From an uncultured Gammaproteobacteria bacterium (GTDB lineage: Bacteria > Patescibacteriota > Patescibacteriia > Magasanikbacterales > UBA922), in the NCBI GenBank assembly GCA_964592785.1, contig CAZQHU010000003.1, forward strand, positions 3,901 to 67,900: 64,000 nt of DNA, in the 5' to 3' direction. Positions 1 to 11,568 of this stretch are shown here, one piece after another. The notes below the pieces were generated by a model. It searched no databases and was not told the origin of the DNA. It saw only the letters and a list, made by a program, of their open reading frames with translations. Positions within the stretch are counted from its first letter, which is position 1, and each line of letters begins with the position of its first letter. The position numbers were made by a program, and so were the translations under genes.

Positions 1-3000
1 GACGACAAAGTTTTTCAAAACCAGTAGCATAGACCGATACTCCTCGAGAATTGGTGTAAGCTTTACAACCCAAGGCCGCACCTGGGAAAGCATCACTCGG
101 ATTATCATCACAAGCTAGAGGCACATCATAACCGGCTGAAGTTTTCCAAGAATCTTTGACCCTATATAGGTGATCATCCAAACGAGTAATTTGTATATTA
201 TCAAAGAAATAACTGACTGGTTGTGTTCCTTGAGAAATAACAAAACGTAATTTGGCTACTTGGCTACCATCCCCAGTAAACTGTACTGGACCAAGTTTGT
301 ATTGTTGCCAACCAGTGCCAATACTCACACTAAAATCACCTTGAATATCACTGGAAGTAAAGCGCCCCTGAACTCCATTTTCTTCAAAATAAATATTACT
401 AATCACTGTCTCTGAACTACCTGTGCCTCTGGCCCAAAAACTTATTTCATACCAATCATTCCTTTCCAAAGTATTGGTGGCAAAAACATATTCAAAAGCT
501 CCAGCTTCTCCGGCCACTTGAGCTTGAACGTTCAAAGAATATTGCCCGACGACGATCGATTCGGGGCGAACTCTAAGATTTACATTATCAGTGAGACTAG
601 ACCAACCCTCCATGGCCTCATTGAGAGCATCGCTAGAAGTACCGGTCGGTTCAAAAGCAAAAGTTAAAATTTGTTTGATATTATTGCCAGCATTACCAAT
701 ATAGGCGCGACAGCCATTGGCAATGGCTGGACAAGAAGTGGATTCTCCGGTCCGAGAAATAGTCCAATAAACACAAGAACCATTCTCATAAGTTCCCCCG
801 CGATAACAACGGTTACATTCTCCATTTTGCATTACCCCGCCTCTGTTTGAACAAATAGCTGGATCACTAATACTATCATCCACATAAAATTCTGAGACTG
901 TTTTTCGGAGTGGATGACAACTTTGGTCCACAGTCACAGTTTCTTTGAGTAAACGATAATAAACTTGACCTTGGTCATCATAGAGCGCCCGGCAATCTTG
1001 TAGAGCCGCTCCAACCAAAGCTGGGCTTTGGAGCAACAGAGCATAAGCACTGGCATTACAATAAGTATAATTAAACTCCAAAGTTTGTTTATTATCATCC
1101 ACATAAGCTGGTCCCACTGCCAGTTCATTTTGCATTTCTGGGCTAAGACCCAAACCAGGACTTTGTAAATAATTTGCCTCTTCACTATCTACCGGCATCA
1201 AGCGATGAGTTTTCAAAACATAACCTTGATTGGCATCCCCTTCCCAAGAGTAGTAAGTTTTTTGGTTATTAGTTGTCGGTCGTTCACAATAACGAAGATC
1301 AGTATAATATTCCAATCCTTCTCCACCTTTGTTCAATTCATCAATATTGGTAAATTCATCACAACCAGCATACTGTGGTTCACAAGCTCGACCATCCAAA
1401 GGATTGAAATACATTGGGAAAACCACTGGAGAAAAGTTGGTTTTTTCTTGTTTATAAGTATCATAACCAACACATTCTTGACTGCAACTATTCTCTCCCA
1501 CTATGCCAGGTATTGTCACTCCGCCAGCAGTTGGCCGATAATTTTCACAACCCACTTCATCGGCCAAACAGACCTGAGCAAAATTTTTACATTCTGCCGG
1601 ACGATCGGCCAAAGATGCCAGCTCGACTGTGGTCCCTGGCCAATCTATTTCATCATCGGTCAAGTCTATATCATAACAACCCAAATAATCCGGGGCCCGA
1701 CGTAAATATACATCACCTGCTAGTTGTCCATCGTCAGTAATGCCACTAAATAAACTACAACCATCAGCACCCGAAGAACAAGTGTAGTTCTTGACTTTGT
1801 CATTCAAAAATAAAACTTGCGTACGACCCAACTCTTTGCGATCTTGCCAATCAGGATCGTCATCTATTTGTTCGCTATTTATCCATTGACCATTATTTTT
1901 TTCCAAAGAATAAGCCCGACAACCCACTGACTCACTATTACAAACTCCATAATCCAGAGTCCTGGCCAAATAAGAAGTCAATCGGCCATTACGATCACTA
2001 AAAGTAGTACAGGTATTATAATAAGGTTCACAACTAGTACCACCAATATCCCAAATATTTTTTTCTTTCAAACAATAACTAAAATAGCCCAGATTTTCAG
2101 GATTTTCTTCTTCTACTATGCGAGTAGAAATATCCACACAAACTTCTTGCCTTTGGGCCGATTCGCTATTTGTAAGAATTGGTCCTACTACTTTGGTCTC
2201 GCAACGAGCTTCAGGACTCTTGATAATCCAGTTGGGGTCAATAAGATGACAAAAGGGATGCGCTGTGCTAGGTTTGGCTTTGTCTGAAACACCATTAACT
2301 GTATCACCCAACCTGCCACTATTATTGGTATCTTCATAATCACAATCATCAAAACCTTGCACCACTTTACCCAAAGTCCAATCCTGTGGATTGTCTGGGC
2401 TGGCTTTCAAAGCTGCCAATTCAAAACCAATCGGCAATACTCGGGCCTTGCGTAATTTTTGTAAATTGGAATAACAATACCCTCGTAAAAAACAACCTGC
2501 AACATCTGTATTATCTGTCACTCGACGTGGCGAAATAAGTGGCCAGTCAGCATGAAGCATCCCATCTGTCAGAGCTTGCGCTATGGTTACCGGTTGATTA
2601 GTGCGAGCTCGTTGCAGAGCATCCTGTAAACCAGTATCAATAACACAATTATTTAATCCAGGATTATCAGGACAAGCGGCAAATTCATCGCTTGGAACAT
2701 AATTTTGTAGCTGTTGTGTAGAAACAGAAGCAATCAAAAATCCAAAAGTTTGTTCAGCTTGTTTGCGATTGTTAGCCACTTGCTGGGAATAAAAATCTAT
2801 CACATTATTACCAGATGAACCGCTTTTGTCACCGCTCAAAAGTCCAGAAGCCCAGCTGGTCAAACTTTTCAAAAGTTGAGAGGTCAAAGTATTGAGAAAA
2901 ACAGAGGCGGCCATTGGTAAAAGTTGTAATGAACCAGAACCATAAACGCCGGCAATCTGGCTGGTGCTTAATTCTGAACTTTGTTTAGAAGAAATTGATT

Positions 3001-3778
3001 CAGTTTCTTTTTTCACCACCTCAGCAGGAGTTTTTATTTTGCCACTAATAAGATCAGTGACAGCTTTAAATCCACCACCCTCAAGCCGAGAAGTATTGGC
3101 CCCGGCAATGGCATTAGCATTTATACGATCGATCCTACCCATAGCCCCAAGAGCAATACCAAAATCACTTTCTTCTATGCGGATGGAGTTGGCAAAAGTT
3201 TGTGATAAAAATTTACTGGCCCCAGCCCCATATCTTTCTTCAAAAGAATCCGCACTCCAAGCATTGGAAAGTTTTTGCCAATTACAAGAAGACTGTGGAC
3301 CGGTGCCGGCTTGTTTTACTGTTGGATCTGAATAAAGATTACGCAAACCTACTTGCAAAAAAGTATTCAAACGAATATCTGGAGTCTGACAAAGATTCAA
3401 ACCAAACTCTGTACCCAACTGTTCAATGGCGCTGGCCGCGCTGTCTAGAGCCACTCCTTTGAAATAAGTGCCAGCATCTTGATCAAAAACTAACGGCTTT
3501 TGACCTTTGGAACCAGAGACTACCGCCATGGCCGCGTCATAAGCCAATTTGCGCATAAAATAAGAAGCTGCTTGAAGCAAGGCTGACAAAGCAGCTGACT
3601 CTAGAGATTTCAAAATCTGGTCAGCCGAAACTTTACCAGTAAAAGCCGCTGTAATCGCCGCATCCATCTGGGCTTGAGCTGGTTTGGCAAAAGCTAAAAT
3701 TCCAAATAACTGAACAAAAATAAAGATCGCTACCATTAGTCCGAAAAATCTTTTTTTTGTCCTAGTAAAATTGAACAT
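1..3778 (-). CDS. Giant Cys-rich secreted/surface protein (>1259 aa, runs off the left edge of the window)
   Basis: Open frame read manually from ATG 3778 (MFNFTRTKKRFFGLMVAIFIFVQLFGILAFAKPAQA, a signal peptide ending AQA) to position 2 with no stop seen. Many Cys pairs and a CBM-like segment (YEISFWARG...WQQYKLGP...FDNIQI). Absent from the ORF track because its stop is outside the window. Confidence 0.85.
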   Translation of the reverse strand, partial: MFNFTRTKKRFFGLMVAIFIFVQLFGILAFAKPAQAQMDAAITAAFTGKVSADQILKSLESAALSALLQAASYFMRKLAYDAAMAVVSGSKGQKPLVFDQDAGTYFKGVALDSAASAIEQLGTEFGLNLCQTPDIRLNTFLQVGLRNLYSDPTVKQAGTGPQSSCNWQKLSNAWSADSFEERYGAGASKFLSQTFANSIRIEESDFGIALGAMGRIDRINANAIAGANTSRLEGGGFKAVTDLISGKIKTPAEVVKKETESISSKQSSELSTSQIAGVYGSGSLQLLPMAASVFLNTLTSQLLKSLTSWASGLLSGDKSGSSGNNVIDFYSQQVANNRKQAEQTFGFLIASVSTQQLQNYVPSDEFAACPDNPGLNNCVIDTGLQDALQRARTNQPVTIAQALTDGMLHADWPLISPRRVTDNTDVAGCFLRGYCYSNLQKLRKARVLPIGFELAALKASPDNPQDWTLGKVVQGFDDCDYEDTNNSGRLGDTVNGVSDKAKPSTAHPFCHLIDPNWIIKSPEARCETKVVGPILTNSESAQRQEVCVDISTRIVEEENPENLGYFSYCLKEKNIWDIGGTSCEPYYNTCTTFSDRNGRLTSYLARTLDYGVCNSESVGCRAYSLEKNNGQWINSEQIDDDPDWQDRKELGRTQVLFLNDKVKNYTCSSGADGCSLFSGITDDGQLAGDVYLRRAPDYLGCYDIDLTDDEIDWPGTTVELASLADRPAECKNFAQVCLADEVGCENYRPTAGGVTIPGIVGENSCSQECVGYDTYKQEKTNFSPVVFPMYFNPLDGRACEPQYAGCDEFTNIDELNKGGEGLEYYTDLRYCERPTTNNQKTYYSWEGDANQGYVLKTHRLMPVDSEEANYLQSPGLGLSPEMQNELAVGPAYVDDNKQTLEFNYTYCNASAYALLLQSPALVGAALQDCRALYDDQGQVYYRLLKETVTVDQSCHPLRKTVSEFYVDDSISDPAICSNRGGVMQNGECNRCYRGGTYENGSCVYWTISRTGESTSCPAIANGCRAYIGNAGNNIKQILTFAFEPTGTSSDALNEAMEGWSSLTDNVNLRVRPESIVVGQYSLNVQAQVAGEAGAFEYVFATNTLERNDWYEISFWARGTGSSETVISNIYFEENGVQGRFTSSDIQGDFSVSIGTGWQQYKLGPVQFTGDGSQVAKLRFVISQGTQPVSYFFDNIQITRLDDHLYRVKDSWKTSAGYDVPLACDDNPSDAFPGAALGCKAYTNSRGVSVYATGFEKLCR

Positions 3779-3792
3779 AATTTGCTAATTTT

Positions 3793-4518
3793 TTATTGGG
3801 TTGAACCAGAGGGAGTGGTTTCTTTGAGATAATCCACTCCTGATTCCAAGGCTGAAGCTGAATCCAAAATCTGCTCTCCTCCAACTTGTCCACCGGTTTG
3901 TTCTGACAAAAGTTCACCAACCATTTTCATCAAAGTTTCATCATCAATCTTGCTCAATTCACTTTCAGAAATGCCACCAGAATCAATCAGGAGTTGTCTG
4001 ACCTTGGCTGGATCTGACAAAGTGTACAAAACATTGGAAATATCATCATTTTCTACACCAGTAAGCCCGGCTTGAGACAAGACATCCACTGGAGTTACAA
4101 AACCAGAAGCCACTGGAGAAGTCATAGGTTCCACTGGAAGATTGGGGATAGATTGAGCACTTTCACAAACTTGGCCCTTGGGACAAAGAGGATCAGAACC
4201 AGATGTTATTTCTTCTTTATCACTCATACCATCTGAATCTGAATCTGGTAAATAGGGGCTGGTAAAATAAAAATTTAATTCTTCCCAATCATTCAAGCCA
4301 TCGTGATCAGTATCAATACTTTGCAGACGAGCTTCTTGATTGTCCAAAAGTTCAGACAAACCACTATTGTCCGAAAGATGAATAGCAAAAGGATTATAAA
4401 TAGTATTACGCATCTGTAAGACTCCCAAACTAACCGCCAATAAACCAAAAACTAACAATAAGACAAAACCTGTCTTTTGTGTATTTGTAAGACCGTCTTT
4501 CTTCCGGCTATCAAGCAT
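3793..4518 (-). CDS. Membrane-anchored protein with Ca-binding DxDxDG (thrombospondin type-3-like) repeats
   Basis: N-terminal TM helix; DTDHDGLNDWEE and DSDSDGMSDKEE motifs. Confidence 0.75.
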   Translation of the reverse strand: MLDSRKKDGLTNTQKTGFVLLLVFGLLAVSLGVLQMRNTIYNPFAIHLSDNSGLSELLDNQEARLQSIDTDHDGLNDWEELNFYFTSPYLPDSDSDGMSDKEEITSGSDPLCPKGQVCESAQSIPNLPVEPMTSPVASGFVTPVDVLSQAGLTGVENDDISNVLYTLSDPAKVRQLLIDSGGISESELSKIDDETLMKMVGELLSEQTGGQVGGEQILDSASALESGVDYLKETTPSGSTQ

Positions 4519-4661
4519 AAATAGATAACCAATTATGATCCCATTATAACAAAAAAATCACTTTTGAGCAATTTTTTTGTTAAAACTGGGGATAACATAG
4601 ACTATATTATGACAAAGCTTAAATTTTCAATCACCAATTTCCAATTCTCAATAAATTTTAT

Positions 4662-5549
4662 TCACTTGATTCCCAAGTTTTTCAATTTCTCTATGATTCT
4701 TTTCCAATCATCTACAGCCAATTCTTCAGCCCTGATTTTTTCATTATTCAAAACATCTTTTAAAACATTTTTTACTTTTTCATTCTCAATTTTCAATCCA
4801 ACTGATAAATTTTTATGCAACTGTTTCCTCTTGTTTGCAAATCCAGCTCTCACTACTCTAAAAAACTCCTCATCACTAATCTTTTCCCTCCCCTCGTAGG
4901 GGAGGGAAGGGATGGGTTTTGCTTTATTGTTTTCATGTTTTAATGTTTTAATGTGTAAAATCGCACTATCCACTTTCGGACTGGGCCAAAAATTTCCTCG
5001 TGAAACAATATCCACAATTTTGGGCTCACTATAATATTGAACTGAAACTGCCAGTAAACTCATATCGCCAGGTTTTGAACAAATCCGTTCGGCCACTTCT
5101 TTTTGTACCATAATAGTAATTGATTCTGGTTTATTTTCCAATTCTAAAAGAGCGCGTAAAACATTGGAAGTAATTTGATAAGGAAGATTGGCTACAACTT
5201 TGTAATTTATAATTTGAAATTTGAAATTTGAAATTTGAGTGAGTGCATTTCCCCAAATGATTTCTAAATTTTTTAATTTCTTGATTTCTATTTCTTCTTG
5301 CCAATACTCCCTCAACTTTTTCTCAATTTCAAATGCTACTACTTGCCTCGCCTTTTCTGCCAGGGCAAAAGTAAGCACCCCAAAACCCGGCCCGATCTCG
5401 ATCACTGTATCAGTCTTAGCCACTCCCGCCGCCTCAATCATTTTTTTTATCGGCCAATCTTGAATAAGATAATTTTGACCATACTTCTTGCTGGGAGTAA
5501 GGTCGTATTTACTACAAAGAGATTTGAGGATTGTAGGAGTAAGGGACAT
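4662..5549 (-). CDS. rsmA: 16S rRNA m6,2A dimethyltransferase RsmA/KsgA
   Basis: GQNYL, EIGPGFG, ANLPYQI, QKEVAERI and FWPSPKVDSA motifs. Confidence 0.97.
   Translation of the reverse strand: MSLTPTILKSLCSKYDLTPSKKYGQNYLIQDWPIKKMIEAAGVAKTDTVIEIGPGFGVLTFALAEKARQVVAFEIEKKLREYWQEEIEIKKLKNLEIIWGNALTQISNFKFQIINYKVVANLPYQITSNVLRALLELENKPESITIMVQKEVAERICSKPGDMSLLAVSVQYYSEPKIVDIVSRGNFWPSPKVDSAILHIKTLKHENNKAKPIPSLPYEGREKISDEEFFRVVRAGFANKRKQLHKNLSVGLKIENEKVKNVLKDVLNNEKIRAEELAVDDWKRIIEKLKNLGIK
4884..4918 (-). repeat. 35-bp CCCTCCCCT-N3-AGGGGAGGG palindromic element, in-frame within rsmA
   Basis: 31/35 identical to 33443-33477 in prmC; encodes KPIPSLPYEGREK. Confidence 0.8.
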
Positions 5550-5560
5550 AGACAGAAAGA

Positions 5561-5657
5561 ATTTGAGATTTTTAATTTAGAATTTAAAAACAATTTATAA
5601 TTTTAAAATTAATTAATTTAAAATTGTTTAAAAATTAAAAATTTTAAATTAAAAATT
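5561..5657. repeat. Inverted AT-rich heptamer arrays with AACAAT/ATTGTT cores (no gene between)
   Basis: Head-to-head arrays; same pattern at about 13745-13828. Confidence 0.55.
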
Positions 5658-5658
5658 A

Positions 5659-6789
5659 TTACTCGGTCTTCAGTCCTGCACTCGTGTATCTGTTGGAAGC
5701 ATTCCACAGTAACCACCCGGCATCACTATATTTCTCCACCATATCTATCTGCTCTCTAATGCGTATACCATCTGAATAAATCGCCCCCATGTCAAATGCT
5801 TGAAGCCAAGGACGAACTTTGGCTCTTTTACCTTCAAAAGTTGGCAAACCTTTTTTCATGCCATTTTCAATAATCCGTCCGGCGATTTCAGCTGGGTTAT
5901 CGTGACCTAATGAATTCCAAGCATAGTGTGAAGGATACATCATCGGACAAATAAAATCTGCCGAGTCTACTGCATCTACCAAGCGCTGACCGATACGCAT
6001 ATCATCGGTTCTCTCCATCACATAGCCAAACATATCGAGCGATATCCAGGCTGGTTCGCGATCAAGTTTATGGCGCAGATAAGAATAAAAACGATGCATC
6101 ACTTCTTGACGCGATTCATCACCAATATTATAAACCACCAAACTCATGTTGCCGTCCGAAGGAAAACGCACATAATCAAAATTTATTTCATCAAACCCTA
6201 GACGAATAACTTCTTTGGCAATCGCCACATTATAATTCCAAACTTCCACTCGTGTCGGATCTACCCAAGACAAGCCTTTGTTATCTCGCCACAGACCGCC
6301 ATTTTTTGATTTGATGGCCCACTCAGGTTTTTTATTGGCCAGTAAAGGATCCTGAAAAACAGTCTGACGAGCAATAGTATAAATATTATTTTCATGTAAT
6401 TTTTTCAGTAAAGCTTTCAGATCTCCCAATTGATTGTACTCCGCCCCAAACTCTTCTACCCAAAGCAAATTACTATCATACAAAACCTTGCCAGAATAAT
6501 CCTTGATATCAATGACCACAGCATTCAATTCAGTTTTATTTATAAGATCAATTATTTGCTCCATTTTTTTAGCATTACCGGCTGAATATGCGGTCAAATA
6601 AATCCCTTTGACTGTTTGTAAATTGTTTTTTTCTCGCTTGGGCTGAAGATTGTAGGATGAATTATCTTGAGAAACGATCGCCAACTCTTGCGCTCGTGTA
6701 GTCCCAACCCATTGCCAACCAATCAACAAAAAAGCCATCATTCCGATGATCATTATAAAAATTAAAAATAAACGAGGATGGTTGGACAT
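5659..6789 (-). CDS. Putative glycoside hydrolase (DUF4015-like)
   Basis: NAVVIDIKDYSG, GFDEINFDYVRFP, PMMYPSHY and RPWLQAF motifs; start taken at MSNHPR. Confidence 0.85.
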   Translation of the reverse strand: MSNHPRLFLIFIMIIGMMAFLLIGWQWVGTTRAQELAIVSQDNSSYNLQPKREKNNLQTVKGIYLTAYSAGNAKKMEQIIDLINKTELNAVVIDIKDYSGKVLYDSNLLWVEEFGAEYNQLGDLKALLKKLHENNIYTIARQTVFQDPLLANKKPEWAIKSKNGGLWRDNKGLSWVDPTRVEVWNYNVAIAKEVIRLGFDEINFDYVRFPSDGNMSLVVYNIGDESRQEVMHRFYSYLRHKLDREPAWISLDMFGYVMERTDDMRIGQRLVDAVDSADFICPMMYPSHYAWNSLGHDNPAEIAGRIIENGMKKGLPTFEGKRAKVRPWLQAFDMGAIYSDGIRIREQIDMVEKYSDAGWLLWNASNRYTSAGLKTE

Positions 6790-6824
6790 AAAATTAAAAA
6801 AATAAGAAACTAAGAAACAATTCC

Positions 6825-7442
6825 TCAATTTCTCAATTTTTCAATTTCCAATTTTCCTTGCCGTAAAACTTTCAACTCATCATTTACCACACTGACAATA
6901 GTGCTGGGAGGATTGTGGGGCAAAACACCGGCGTCAATAATTGCATCGGGTTGAAATTCTCGGTCTTCATACATCTTGATTAATTCCTGAGAATCATAAA
7001 TATCTCCTGCATCAGCAAGATTGGCCGAAGTTGCCACCACTGGCCTGCCCAGTTGTTCTGAAAGATATTTTGGTATTTCTGCATTCGTAACACGAACTGC
7101 CACTGTCCCATCAGTGCCAACTACTCCTTTTGCCAATTCACTAACTTTTACCTTTTCACTTTTCACTTTTAACTTGCTCACCACTGTCAAAGCTCCGGGC
7201 CACAACTTACTTAACTTCTCCAATTTATCATTCCAAACAAGATATTCTTTTGCCATCTCCACAGTCGGTACCACAACCAAGAGTGGTTTATCTGGTCTCC
7301 GTCCTTTGATTTGAAAAATTTTGTCCACAGCTTTTTGATCACAAGCATCACAACCAAGACCGTATGATGTCTCCGTAGGAAAAATTATTATTTTACCACT
7401 TTGGAGATAATCTAAAGCTTCAGTTTGACTAATAAATTTCAT
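6825..7442 (-). CDS. tsaC: Threonylcarbamoyl-AMP synthase (TsaC/YrdC/Sua5)
   Basis: PTETSYGLG, KGR, WPGALT and TSAN motifs. Confidence 0.95.
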   Translation of the reverse strand: MKFISQTEALDYLQSGKIIIFPTETSYGLGCDACDQKAVDKIFQIKGRRPDKPLLVVVPTVEMAKEYLVWNDKLEKLSKLWPGALTVVSKLKVKSEKVKVSELAKGVVGTDGTVAVRVTNAEIPKYLSEQLGRPVVATSANLADAGDIYDSQELIKMYEDREFQPDAIIDAGVLPHNPPSTIVSVVNDELKVLRQGKLEIEKLRN

Positions 7443-7445
7443 AAA

Positions 7446-7911
7446 ACTACATCACTTTTATACTACATCACAAAATCACCTTGTGACAATTTTTCTGCTA
7501 ATTTAATTTCTGACCAAAGCATAGCGCCAATTTCCTCACCCAATTTTATCGCATGTTTGTATTGTTCATTTTTTATCCAGTCTGTATCTAAAGCAAAATA
7601 ATATAAATATCTTGATTCTCCAAGCGAACCATAGGACATTTCATAAAAATTTAACTTAACTTTCGGCCTTCTTCTACAATATCCTTCTACATAATTTAAA
7701 ATAACTGACAATGATGTCCTGCGCAATTGAGAAACTGATGAATACATTTCTTGTTTTGGAAAATCTTCTGTTATTTTGTAAGTATATTTTACAAATTCAT
7801 GCATTAATTTTTTTAATTTATTCTGAAATGGCGTCATCGTTTTTTCAAGCATAATCATTGTATAATTTAGTGATGTTGTGATGTAATGACTTAGTGATTC
7901 AGTGACTTTCG
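7446..7911. mobile_element. Putative element: four-helix-bundle gene between inverted 8-mer arrays (ACWACATC)n
   Basis: Left array 7446-7485 on +; right array 7864-7911 is the reverse complement; lies between prfB and tsaC. Confidence 0.6.
7463..7852 (-). CDS. Four helix bundle protein (23S rRNA IVP / Avd-like, PF05635)
   Basis: T-x2-FP-x2-E-x-Y...QLRR-x3-S-x3-N-x2-EG...F-x5-GS-x2-E pattern; start uncertain (7852 or 7837). Confidence 0.9.
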   Translation of the reverse strand: MLEKTMTPFQNKLKKLMHEFVKYTYKITEDFPKQEMYSSVSQLRRTSLSVILNYVEGYCRRRPKVKLNFYEMSYGSLGESRYLYYFALDTDWIKNEQYKHAIKLGEEIGAMLWSEIKLAEKLSQGDFVM

Positions 7912-9000
7912 CCATCTCAAATAACTTTCTACAAACCCATCCAGATCTCCATTCAAAACTCCTTCATCATCAGTCGTTTCGTGATCAGTTCGCAAATCTT
8001 TTACCAAATGATAAGGATGAAGTACATAAGAACGAATCTGGCTCCCCCATTCTGGAGATTTGTATTCACCACGTAATTTTTGTTTTTCCGCTTCTTCTTC
8101 CTCGTCTTTTATTTTTTGTAATTTGGATAATAAAATCTTCATCGCCACTTCTTTATTTTGTTGTTGTGATCTTTCATTTTGGCATTGTACAGTAATACCG
8201 GTCGGCAGATGAACAATCCTCACTGCTGAATAAGTAGTATTCACGGATTGCCCACCCTTGCCACCACTCATAAAAGTGTCTATACGTAAATCTTTGGAAT
8301 CAATCTGAATTGTTTCAGATTCATCAAGCTCTGGAATAACTTCCACTAAAGCAAAAGAAGTATGGCGCATTTTCTCGGCATCAAAAGGTGAAATCCGCAC
8401 CAAACGATGCGTGCCGTGTTCTGATTTCAAATGTCCATACGCATGATCCCCCTCAACCCGAAAAATAATTGATTTAAACCCAGCTTCCTGCCCTCTGGTT
8501 TCATCCAGAATAAAAACTTGCCAGTCCTTTTTTTCACAATAACGAAAATACATACGACTAAGCATCTCTGCCCAATCTTGGGCTTCGGTCCCACCCGAGC
8601 CAGCATGAATCGCGACAATAGCACCGTGATCATCATATTTTTCACTCATCAATGTTGTAAATTCCAACTTTTCAACTTGTTCGCTTGCCAATTCATATTG
8701 TTTCTCAATCTCTTCCCGTAAATTTACATCCTTGTCTGCCTCATCAAATCTCGCCATTTCTAATAAATCATTTATTTGTTGAGACAATTTTAACCAATTA
8801 TTTTGTTCACTTTGTAAATAACTAAGTTGCTTGCTTATCTTGGCTGCATTTTCTTGATCATTCCAAAAATCAGGAATATTCATTTTTTCTTCCAAATTTT
8901 TTATTTCTTGCTTTTTTTGTTCCAATTTTAACATCACTTGTAAATCTACAAGTTTTTTATTTAACCTTTCCAAAGATTGAACAAGTTCATGCATTTCCAT
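7891..9000 (-). CDS. prfB: Peptide chain release factor 2
   Basis: SPF anticodon motif, GGQ, WGSQIRSYV; continuous ORF with no frameshift. Confidence 0.97.
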   Translation of the reverse strand: MEMHELVQSLERLNKKLVDLQVMLKLEQKKQEIKNLEEKMNIPDFWNDQENAAKISKQLSYLQSEQNNWLKLSQQINDLLEMARFDEADKDVNLREEIEKQYELASEQVEKLEFTTLMSEKYDDHGAIVAIHAGSGGTEAQDWAEMLSRMYFRYCEKKDWQVFILDETRGQEAGFKSIIFRVEGDHAYGHLKSEHGTHRLVRISPFDAEKMRHTSFALVEVIPELDESETIQIDSKDLRIDTFMSGGKGGQSVNTTYSAVRIVHLPTGITVQCQNERSQQQNKEVAMKILLSKLQKIKDEEEEAEKQKLRGEYKSPEWGSQIRSYVLHPYHLVKDLRTDHETTDDEGVLNGDLDGFVESYLRWRKSLNH

Positions 9001-9007
9001 AATAAAT

Positions 9008-9367
9008 CTACAAATTTATCTTCCCAGCATACTGACCAATCCAAGGTAATTCTTTCATTTGTCCTTGAGCAGCATTGACAATACCTACAATCATGAGAAC
9101 CAGACAGGCGATATTACCCACAAAGCCGGCTATCCAACCAAGAACAGGAACAATCATCACAGCATTTACTATTACCCAAGCGATGAGTAATACCAAACCT
9201 TGTTTACCATGATATTGGGCATATTGACTATCTTTTTTGAGAAGCAATGGGATCAAACAAAGAATACCCAGATAACTAATCATTGCCAAAATTTTATTTT
9301 CTTGAATATCCTGAGGTCCTGATTTAACTTGAACTGGCTGGACAGGTTGATTTGACTGTTGATCCAT
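9008..9367 (-). CDS. DUF4870/Tic20-like small membrane protein
   Basis: AMISYLGILCLIP...YHGKQG...ELPWIG. Confidence 0.8.
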   Translation of the reverse strand: MDQQSNQPVQPVQVKSGPQDIQENKILAMISYLGILCLIPLLLKKDSQYAQYHGKQGLVLLIAWVIVNAVMIVPVLGWIAGFVGNIACLVLMIVGIVNAAQGQMKELPWIGQYAGKINL

Positions 9368-9479
9368 ATATTTTTCTTAAAAATTAAATTTATCTAACTA
9401 TATTTTAGCTTATTTTAAGAATATTGACAACAAAACTATTCTATGTTAGCATAAAAATGCCTAAGAGAAGGAGTCCCAC

Positions 9480-9617
9480 ATGTTCTGGAAGGAAAGGCTC
9501 CTGGATTTCAAGGACTGGCTTCGAAGGATTTTCCGTCGAAGCGCCAAGATCGAGGTGGGGTTTGACTCCACCATGTTCCCTCCCCCCGGACACTCCCAGC
9601 CCACCAAGAAATCCTGA
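9480..9617 (+). CDS. GC-rich orphan small ORF (45 aa, MFWKERLLDF...PTKKS)
   Basis: TTGACA-N17-TAGCAT promoter at 9424; AAGGAG SD; hairpin-T terminator at about 9708-9739. Confidence 0.45.
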   Translation: MFWKERLLDFKDWLRRIFRRSAKIEVGFDSTMFPPPGHSQPTKKS

Positions 9618-9742
9618 CTCTCCGTTCTTTCCCGCCTCCAACCCTCCAGTTCCTTCCCCAGAGTCTTGAATTTATTCAAAATTTTGGAAAAAACTGGAGG
9701 AACATATAAAAACGACCGGATATTCTCCGATCGTTTTTTGAT

Positions 9743-9810
9743 TGTCATCCTGAATTTATTTCAGGATCTTTTATTTTTAAGGGAGATGCTGAAACAAGTT
9801 CAGCATGACA
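9743..9810. repeat. REP-like doublet TGTCATCCTGAATTTATTTCAGGATCT...AGATGCTGAAACAAGTTCAGCATGACA
   Basis: Arms identical to the copy at 33605-33698 and related to 51795-51920. Confidence 0.85.
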
Positions 9811-9812
9811 TT

Positions 9813-11453
<1,641 letters not shown>

Positions 11454-11466
11454 TTAAAATTTATTA

Positions 11467-11568
11467 AACTCAAAGTTCAAAACTCAAAATGCAAAATTTA
11501 AACTTCATAACTCAAAACTTTTTAGTTTTTAGTTGTAGTTTTGATTTTTGATATTTGAGTTTTGAGTT
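11467..11568. repeat. Inverted heptamer arrays (AACTCAA)n / (TTGAGTT)n between groES and groEL
   Basis: About 7 degenerate units on each side in opposite orientation. Confidence 0.75.

Noticed and set aside
934-3462. Short ORFs in the supplied track (934-1185, 1205-1705, 1414-1740, 2964-3335, 3202-3462)
   Set aside because: They are shadows of the single giant minus-strand ORF.
7463-7852. Diversity-generating retroelement suggested by the Avd-like fold
   Set aside because: No reverse transcriptase and no TR/VR pair with adenine-specific mismatches are visible in the window.
8920-9000. Programmed +1 frameshift in prfB
   Set aside because: The ORF is continuous from ATG and no CTT-TGA site is present; absence is common and unremarkable.
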